From NCBI GenBank assembly GCA_964464475.1, contig CAYXGG010000004.1, forward strand, positions 4,940 through 68,939: DNA of 64,000 nt, given 5' to 3'. Position 1 is the first letter of the stretch. Each line of letters starts with the position of its first letter. Position numbers and translations under genes: made by a program. The DNA comes from an uncultured Planctomycetales bacterium (lineage in GTDB: Bacteria; Omnitrophota; Gorgyraeia; Zapsychrales; JAHFFX01). Under the pieces are notes generated by a model, which was given only the letters and a program-made list of their open reading frames with translations, searched no databases and was not told where the DNA came from. Of this stretch, positions 57,635 to 64,000 are shown one piece after another.

Positions 57635-60600
57635 AGGCTCCTCCTTGTTTACGATTAATTAATTTGATGGTTCCTTGATGCATCTGCATAATTTGCTTAA
57701 CGATCGACAAGCCCAAGCCCGTACCCCCCTTGGCTCGCTTGGTTGTGAAAAAAGGCTCAAAGATCTTCTCCAACAAATAGGCTGGAATTCCGGGTCCGTT
57801 ATCTTCAATCGTAATCCATACTTTATTTTTAGTTTCCAATGATTCTAAACTCGTATGAGAAATATCTAAGGGAACATCCAGAAAAGACCGAATGAAAATT
57901 TCTCCGCCTTCCCCCACAGCTTCCATCGCGTTAGAGAGGATATTAATGAATACTTGAACAATTTTTTCGCGATCAATATCAATCAGGGGAATATCCGGAC
58001 ATAATTGAAACTGAGCCTTGATGCGCGAACGACTGAGTTGGGTTCGCAAAAGTAATACGCAGTGTTCCAGAAGCGCATTAATATCCGCCGGCTTAAAAAC
58101 CGCTTCGGAAGGACGGGCCAACGTTAATAAATCTTTAATGATCGTATCGGCCCGATGAACCGCCGAGTCCATATCAGTCAGTACCTGCGTCGTGGTCTGG
58201 TCAGGATGCTCGTTAGTATTCTTTAAGAACTCTAATCCTTGTAACAAAATCGCTAGAGGATTTTTGACTTCATGCGCTGCTCCCGCCGCAAGCTGCTCAA
58301 CCGTTTTGGCTTTCTCTAAACTAATCAGTTCTTCCTGAGTATTTCTTTTCTCGGTAATGTCTTGGATAATGCCCACCAATCGCAAAGCCTGACCGGAAGT
58401 ATCCCGGTACACTTTGGCTTTTAGAGACGCCCAACGCAGCATATTTTCGGTTCCATGAATCCTAAACTCACAATTTAGTGTAGATTCTCGATCAACCGTT
58501 TGATTCAGGACCCTTTGAAATTCTTCCTTATCTTCCAGGCTAATATTTTTATAAAAATCCGCAAATGTCCCGGTAATAGCGCCATAAGCAAACCCAAATC
58601 TAGGCCCCATGTCGTTAGACCAAACAACATTATCAGAACCAATATCCCATTCCCAAATACCCAATTGCGCCGTACTCATAGCGAGACGCAACCGTTCTTC
58701 TTTTTCAAATAGTTCCTGTTCATAACGCTTGCGTTGGGTGATGTCCTGTAAAACACTATCAATCCATAATGGCTTCCGACCTTCACCGTAGAAAATTTGC
58801 GCGTTGACCAGACCCCAAATCAAATGCCCATGTTTATTTTTAAAACGGATCTCCTGATTATGAAGAAAACTTCGTGTTAATAACTCAACAACTAATTCTT
58901 TCCTATCTCTGGGGTCCCAGTAATGAACCGCAACATCTGTTTGTAATATTTCGTCCACCGATTCGTAGCCAAACATTTGGGCGACAAACAAATTCGCCTC
59001 AACAACACGACCCGGTGTATCTATAGTCGTTCTCACCAATCCGACCTTGACATTTTCTACGAGTGATCTGAATTTCTCTTCACTGGCCTTAATCTTTTCC
59101 TGAACTTCTTTACGTTCGCTCACGTCAAAAATAGCGCCATCCAGCCACTGCAAATTTCCCTGATCATCAAAAACGCCCTGTCCCTTATCATAGACCCATC
59201 GGGTTTGGCCATCACGATTGGCAATGCGATATTCCAACATATAAGGTCGTCGCAAACGTAACCCCTGCTGAATAAGACTGGTCGCGTGGGGCAAATCATC
59301 GATAGCAATAAGTTTATTAAATGATCGTTTTAAGTTGGCTATGAACTCAGAACTGGAATAACCGGAAATTTCCTGAATGGCATCGCTAATGTAATGAACC
59401 GTCCTCTTCTCATCGGGCAAGCAGCGATAGACCGCTCCGGGTAAATTCGCAACCAGTGTTCTAAATCTCGATTCGCTTTCGCGTACTGCCTCTTCCGACT
59501 TTCTTCGCAAAGTCAAATCCCGGACAAAGACGCTATAGCGAATCGTATCTCCCATATGCAACACGCTCATGGAAAGCTCAACAATCAACGTTGGGCCATT
59601 CTTATGCCGAACCGGTAATTCCAAAAATTTATTTGAGAAAATCCATTCGCCTTTATCTTCAAAATACTCCAGACCCTCTTCGATTCTCATCCGATCATCG
59701 GCATTCACAAACAAATCGACTAATTTTTTTCCTTCTACTTCTCTTCGCGTCCAACCCCAGATTTCTTCGGCCTTCCTATTCCAATTAATAATTGTTCCGT
59801 GCAAATCCAACGTCAATACGCCATCCAAAGCGGAATCAATAACCATCTGAACTTCCTGCTGCTTATACCTAAGTTCTTGGGTCATACTTTCTGCCAAAAC
59901 CCAAGCTTTAGTACGAGCTCGAGATAACGAAAGGAGAATCAAGAAAATCAAAAAGCTGACCGCCACCGTAATGCTTAACAAAATAACAGGAAATTTTCTC
60001 TCAATAGGACTTAACCCAATACCTTGAGAAGATCTAAAGCGCAGCGTCCACTCACGATTAGCCAAATGAATCCGAGAAACCCTTTGGAACAACTTATCTT
60101 CGGCCATGTCGTCATTTGAATAGGCATACTCAAACAATAAACTGCGACGATTTGGTTGATTACCAAGAAAGACTTCAATTCTCAAATCAGATGGCACTCC
60201 TTGGCGACCAAACAATTCACTAAAAATTTTCTGAGGGTCAACCGTTGCCATAATCGCCCCCCAGAGACTCTTCGCTCCGACTGATGCGGCATCCGCCGTA
60301 TCTTCATTTGCCATAATCGGCAAGAAGAAAGCAAAACCCGAAGCGCCTTGATGCGGATAGAACCCTAAGCGCACTTTACTCGTCAAATATATCTGATTTG
60401 TATCTCTAATTTCTTTGAGAGCAAAGGCGTAGGTACGATCGCTACTTAAATCAAAACCCAAAAAACTATCGTTCTCTTGTCCTGGTTCAACATACTTTAA
60501 GACATAGTAATCCGCCTTTTGCCCCTCAGGATGAATATGAAAATCGGGGTAACCTTCCGGCTTAACCGAGATATCCTGAATAACCGACTGGACGAACTTA

Positions 60601-60968
60601 GTTTTGTTGACATCTAAAACTCTTTCAACAATGCCAATCATGCCGAAACTAGGATGTCTTTCAAATATTCTTTGCCCAGACAAGAATATTTTCCATTCAT
60701 CACGTTCCACGCTTTGGCTGGCGGCAAAGAACCCCTGAATGGCAAACAAAGAATCAATAGCGATCTGAATTCTCTCCTCAATCTCTCGCTGAACATCGTT
60801 AGTTTCAGATTCAAATTCCGCTAATGACCTTCTACGAAAACTCTCAGAAACAAAAAAATAATTAATAAATGAAAATATAAGCAGGATAACTAAAACAACG
60901 GGAGGCAAGTGGATTAACCAAGGAGCAGTTTCCTTGCCCGAAGAGGATTGTCTTGACGTTTTTGACAT
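57606..60968 (-). CDS. Sensor histidine kinase with extracytoplasmic CHASE domain, multiple PAS domains, HisKA and HATPase_c
   Basis: 1120 aa; two TM segments flank a CHASE-like domain; at least four PAS modules; H-box (AAGAAHEVKNPLA); N/G boxes at the C-terminus. Confidence 0.8.
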   Translation of the reverse strand: MSKTSRQSSSGKETAPWLIHLPPVVLVILLIFSFINYFFVSESFRRRSLAEFESETNDVQREIEERIQIAIDSLFAIQGFFAASQSVERDEWKIFLSGQRIFERHPSFGMIGIVERVLDVNKTKFVQSVIQDISVKPEGYPDFHIHPEGQKADYYVLKYVEPGQENDSFLGFDLSSDRTYAFALKEIRDTNQIYLTSKVRLGFYPHQGASGFAFFLPIMANEDTADAASVGAKSLWGAIMATVDPQKIFSELFGRQGVPSDLRIEVFLGNQPNRRSLLFEYAYSNDDMAEDKLFQRVSRIHLANREWTLRFRSSQGIGLSPIERKFPVILLSITVAVSFLIFLILLSLSRARTKAWVLAESMTQELRYKQQEVQMVIDSALDGVLTLDLHGTIINWNRKAEEIWGWTRREVEGKKLVDLFVNADDRMRIEEGLEYFEDKGEWIFSNKFLELPVRHKNGPTLIVELSMSVLHMGDTIRYSVFVRDLTLRRKSEEAVRESESRFRTLVANLPGAVYRCLPDEKRTVHYISDAIQEISGYSSSEFIANLKRSFNKLIAIDDLPHATSLIQQGLRLRRPYMLEYRIANRDGQTRWVYDKGQGVFDDQGNLQWLDGAIFDVSERKEVQEKIKASEEKFRSLVENVKVGLVRTTIDTPGRVVEANLFVAQMFGYESVDEILQTDVAVHYWDPRDRKELVVELLTRSFLHNQEIRFKNKHGHLIWGLVNAQIFYGEGRKPLWIDSVLQDITQRKRYEQELFEKEERLRLAMSTAQLGIWEWDIGSDNVVWSNDMGPRFGFAYGAITGTFADFYKNISLEDKEEFQRVLNQTVDRESTLNCEFRIHGTENMLRWASLKAKVYRDTSGQALRLVGIIQDITEKRNTQEELISLEKAKTVEQLAAGAAHEVKNPLAILLQGLEFLKNTNEHPDQTTTQVLTDMDSAVHRADTIIKDLLTLARPSEAVFKPADINALLEHCVLLLRTQLSRSRIKAQFQLCPDIPLIDIDREKIVQVFINILSNAMEAVGEGGEIFIRSFLDVPLDISHTSLESLETKNKVWITIEDNGPGIPAYLLEKIFEPFFTTKRAKGGTGLGLSIVKQIMQMHQGTIKLINRKQGGACVIISFPKP

Positions 60969-61228
60969 TCAAGTATAAATTTCTGGCCCTTATTGTCGTC
61001 ATGAGATTAGACCAGCACTACAAATTAAATAAAGCATCCTGGGATGAACTTCTTGAAGAATAATTCAAAGAAGAGACTCACAAAGCCTAAAATAATTGTA
61101 TTAATATACTAGAATGATGCCGGTATCGGATTGCCCCACCGCACATTCAACTGACTTTTTGAAACAGCTTCAAATAAAATTTTTATCGATAAAAGAGGGA
61201 AAAAAGTTCACAATAAAATAACAAATTC

Positions 61229-61609
61229 TCAAATAGTTTTTTGCAGGAACCGCTCGATGACCTCCTGTAACGGCGCTAAATCCTTTTCCTTACGTTCAAT
61301 AACGGCGCTTGCTCCCGCAGCCATAAATTGCTGTTCGGTATTCATTTCAACAAATAGTCCTACTTGAACAATAATTGGCAATCCCCCGCCACAGATTCTC
61401 ATCATTTCTCGACAAACCCACTGGCTGTCTAAATCCGAAAGTACTGCGCTTAAAATAACCATATCCGGAGCCAAAAATTGAGCTTCCTCTATAGCCCTTC
61501 TGCCCGTCGTTGCCAGACGTACGTTAGAGAAGGCTAATCCCTGTAAAAAAGCGACTGTTTTCTGGCCGTATACGGGATGGGAATCAACCACTAGGATGGA
61601 TTGTTTCAT
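61229..61609 (-). CDS. Receiver-like (REC) single-domain protein, atypical
   Basis: ILVVDSHP...DMVILS pattern; 126 aa. Confidence 0.45.
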   Translation of the reverse strand: MKQSILVVDSHPVYGQKTVAFLQGLAFSNVRLATTGRRAIEEAQFLAPDMVILSAVLSDLDSQWVCREMMRICGGGLPIIVQVGLFVEMNTEQQFMAAGASAVIERKEKDLAPLQEVIERFLQKTI

Positions 61610-61665
61610 AACGAGACTCCTATAACTATATAGTCGATTTCAAAAAACGTGATCCCAGGAGCATA

Positions 61666-62376
61666 TTATTTACTATTTTGTTTACGATACTGCGTTGGCG
61701 TTAGTTTAGTGATCCTTTTAAAAATTCTCATGAATGATTCCGGATTCTGGTATCCCAATTGAATGGCGATTTCATATATATTCAGATGCGTCTTAGTCAG
61801 AAGTGATTTAGCATGATCAATTTTGACTTTAACTTTGTAGTCGCGAAAACTGGAATCATTCTTCTGGTTAAACAATCTGCTGACGTACTTGGAACTCAAA
61901 CACATCTCATCGGCAATAAATCCCAACTTAACATTATTATAATTCCGATCAACGAACCGCTTGATTCGCTCAACTTGCCCTTCTTTATCTTTACCGATGT
62001 TTTGCGTATATAATTTGTCTCGCAGTAATAACTTTATTTTCTCCTTTAATTCTGGCATCTGAATTGGCTTCTCAATAAAGTCATCGGCATGATGTCGTAA
62101 AGCCTCGACCGCGACTTCCTTAGAGCCATAGGCCGTCATCAGAATAACGCCAATGTCTTTCTTGATTTTTTTGATTTCCGCCAGAACGCTGATGCCATCC
62201 ATATGAGGCATCATATAATCCACTAAAACAACGTTCACGAAGTTAGGTTTCCTTAGAAACTGAAGAGCGTCCAATCCATTACGAAATTCCAAAATCTCGT
62301 ACTCCGGAAAAGCCAATTTAACGCTTTTCCCTATCCGGGGATCATCATCGATTATGACAATTTTTTCTGAAATCAT
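61666..62376 (-). CDS. Response regulator with C-terminal AraC-type HTH DNA-binding domain
   Basis: REC domain (IVIIDDDP...D...KP) plus an AraC/XylS HTH. Confidence 0.8.
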   Translation of the reverse strand: MISEKIVIIDDDPRIGKSVKLAFPEYEILEFRNGLDALQFLRKPNFVNVVLVDYMMPHMDGISVLAEIKKIKKDIGVILMTAYGSKEVAVEALRHHADDFIEKPIQMPELKEKIKLLLRDKLYTQNIGKDKEGQVERIKRFVDRNYNNVKLGFIADEMCLSSKYVSRLFNQKNDSSFRDYKVKVKIDHAKSLLTKTHLNIYEIAIQLGYQNPESFMRIFKRITKLTPTQYRKQNSK

Positions 62377-62550
62377 TTTTATTAAAATTTGGAATTATGT
62401 CAGTAATTATGACTAATTTCTCCCAATCCAGAATGCCCCCAAGGAATCCTAGACTGACTTATCTCTACCTTTAATAGCCACAGCTCAGCTATTATTTATT
62501 TTAATCAACATTGATTGGAATAATGTGGAAAGATCGCTTCGAGACAATTT

Positions 62551-64000
62551 TCAAGCTAACGGCTTGAGCGTTAGACAAGAGGGAATTTCAATAATAAAGC
62601 TGGTTCCTCCCTGCTGAGGACGCTGAACCACAATATTCCCTTGATGCGACTCGACAATTTCCTTACAGATGGACAGCCCAAGCCCCAGCCCCCCACTTTT
62701 TGTCGAAAAGAATGGCTCAAAAATTCTATGAAGGTGTTCATCACTAATACTCTCTCCGCTATTGGCCACCTCAATGCGCACCCAGTTTGCCCCTAGTTTG
62801 AACGCATCATTAGAGGAAAGATCTTTTCTCTCTTGTGAAAACCGCTCTGCCACACTAGAAAGAATTTGAATCTTACCCCCGGGAGGAGTCGCTTCCAGAG
62901 CGTTATTCAGTAAATTTAAGAAAACCTGCTTTAACTTTTCGCCGTTCCCCAAAATCAGCGGTAACTGTTCAGACAGATTTACTTCAAAGGCAATGTCCAT
63001 TTGCCTGGTTTTCAAACTAGCCAGTAACGCAATATCTTTAATAGTTTCGTTAATGTCGATTGGCGTCAATGGAAACTGAGAATTCTTAGCATACGCCAAC
63101 ATATTTTTTAAAGACGTATTCCAGGAATCCAGCTCTCGCGGGATAGTTTCTGAGAAATCTTTAATAAATTTTTTGTCGCGATAGCGCTCTGGCAAGAGCT
63201 TCACAAACGTATCAACCAGTTGCAAAGAATTCTTTAACTCATGGGCCACAGCGGTTGCCGCCTTCCCGATGATTGACAGCTTTTCTTCTTCCTGGGCCTT
63301 CTTTAACCGTTGCGTCATCTGGTTGAATGACTGAAACAACTTGCTAATTTCTGTCCGGTTATTGATCGAGAAAGCATAAGAGAAATCTCCCCGAGCGATT
63401 CGCTCCGTTCCGGCAATCATCTCGCGAATGGGCCGACTCATATAATGCGCTAAGAAAAAACTAATAAACAGCGATCCTAAAATACTCAGTGAAATCAATA
63501 GTATCGCCTGAAAGCTCATCTGTCGCAGCAGCGCGAAGGCTTCCTGCTGCGGCTGAGAAATAATCAACCCCCAATTCAACTTATTAATCGGAGCATATGA
63601 TGTCAGCCAAAGCCTTTGACTGTCATCCTTCTCTTCTAAATTGCCACTTTGACCGCGCCAAAGATCTTCCAACACACGCAAATGCTGCAAATTGGCATTC
63701 TTCAAAACAAGTTTTTTGTCTGGATGAGCGATGATCCTTCCCTGCTGGTCAATTAAATACGCACGGCCCTCTTTTCCAATATGAATAGCATCCACGATAT
63801 CCCAAACGCTGCGCAGACTCAAATCAGCAAGCAAAACACCTTTTACTTTACCGAGCCTGACTATCGGTTCAGCTAACGTGATATAAGGCATATGATTGGC
63901 TGATATTTTTACCTCTGAACGAAAAGAATGACCCTGCAAGGCTTGCAGAAATGCTTCTTCCTTCGAATGGTCCGATAAAGCCGTCCCTAATTCTGAAGTC
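62551..64000 (-). CDS. Sensor histidine kinase (HAMP, HisKA, HATPase_c), partial; N-terminus beyond window end
   Basis: The reading frame is open upstream of the track's TTG start through position 64000. TM, HAMP, H-box (AHELKNSL) and N/G1/G2 boxes are present. Confidence 0.75.
   Translation of the reverse strand, partial: TSELGTALSDHSKEEAFLQALQGHSFRSEVKISANHMPYITLAEPIVRLGKVKGVLLADLSLRSVWDIVDAIHIGKEGRAYLIDQQGRIIAHPDKKLVLKNANLQHLRVLEDLWRGQSGNLEEKDDSQRLWLTSYAPINKLNWGLIISQPQQEAFALLRQMSFQAILLISLSILGSLFISFFLAHYMSRPIREMIAGTERIARGDFSYAFSINNRTEISKLFQSFNQMTQRLKKAQEEEKLSIIGKAATAVAHELKNSLQLVDTFVKLLPERYRDKKFIKDFSETIPRELDSWNTSLKNMLAYAKNSQFPLTPIDINETIKDIALLASLKTRQMDIAFEVNLSEQLPLILGNGEKLKQVFLNLLNNALEATPPGGKIQILSSVAERFSQERKDLSSNDAFKLGANWVRIEVANSGESISDEHLHRIFEPFFSTKSGGLGLGLSICKEIVESHQGNIVVQRPQQGGTSFIIEIPSCLTLKPLA

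Overview
This 64-kb window looks like it comes from an anaerobic, metal-respiring or syntrophic bacterium (about 45-50% GC). The proteins resemble those of a deltaproteobacterium, a Nitrospirota member or a candidate phylum; no tools were run, so everything rests on reading the sequence and the ORF track.

Three blocks make up the window.

(1) Positions 1-4851, minus strand: the 5' 4.85 kb of a giant secreted protein whose gene runs off the window start. It consists of about 30 tandem 44-aa (132-bp) repeats, each with six cysteines (consensus C[FY]xC-x6-C-x10-CxxC-x7-C), behind a signal peptide and a distinct Cys-rich N-terminal module. I do not recognise the repeat as any named domain. It is the strongest candidate for the undescribed element the task statement hints at.

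(2) Positions 4.9-20.4 kb: mixed housekeeping and accessory genes (mscL, msrA, tag, an SNase-like nuclease, a DUF853/HerA-like ATPase, a glycoside hydrolase). It also holds a type IV minor-pilin operon preceded by what looks like a c-di-GMP-I (GEMM) riboswitch and a terminator.

(3) Positions 20.5-50.3 kb: roughly 30 kb of genes all on the minus strand. It starts with a Crp/Fnr regulator, a hemerythrin-like protein and hemA. System II cytochrome c biogenesis (ccsB, ccsA) follows. Next comes a porin-cytochrome extracellular electron transfer module: a monoheme cytochrome, an octaheme periplasmic cytochrome, a 705-aa outer-membrane beta-barrel and a 7-haem ImcH-like inner-membrane cytochrome. 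Next are a HupE/UreJ nickel permease, PFOR (nifJ), a DHOD-like flavoprotein, the bidirectional [NiFe] hydrogenase hoxEFUYH-hoxW and hypA, hypF, hypC, hypD, hypE (no hypB). The block ends with an acetyl-CoA hydrolase/GNAT fusion.

The 3' end of the window (50.5-64 kb) carries stress and repair genes (HtrA, a periplasmic Hsp20, an SPL-like radical SAM protein, an aldo-keto reductase). A dense two-component cluster follows, with a 1120-aa CHASE/multi-PAS kinase. No rRNA, tRNA, CRISPR array or obvious mobile element was seen.
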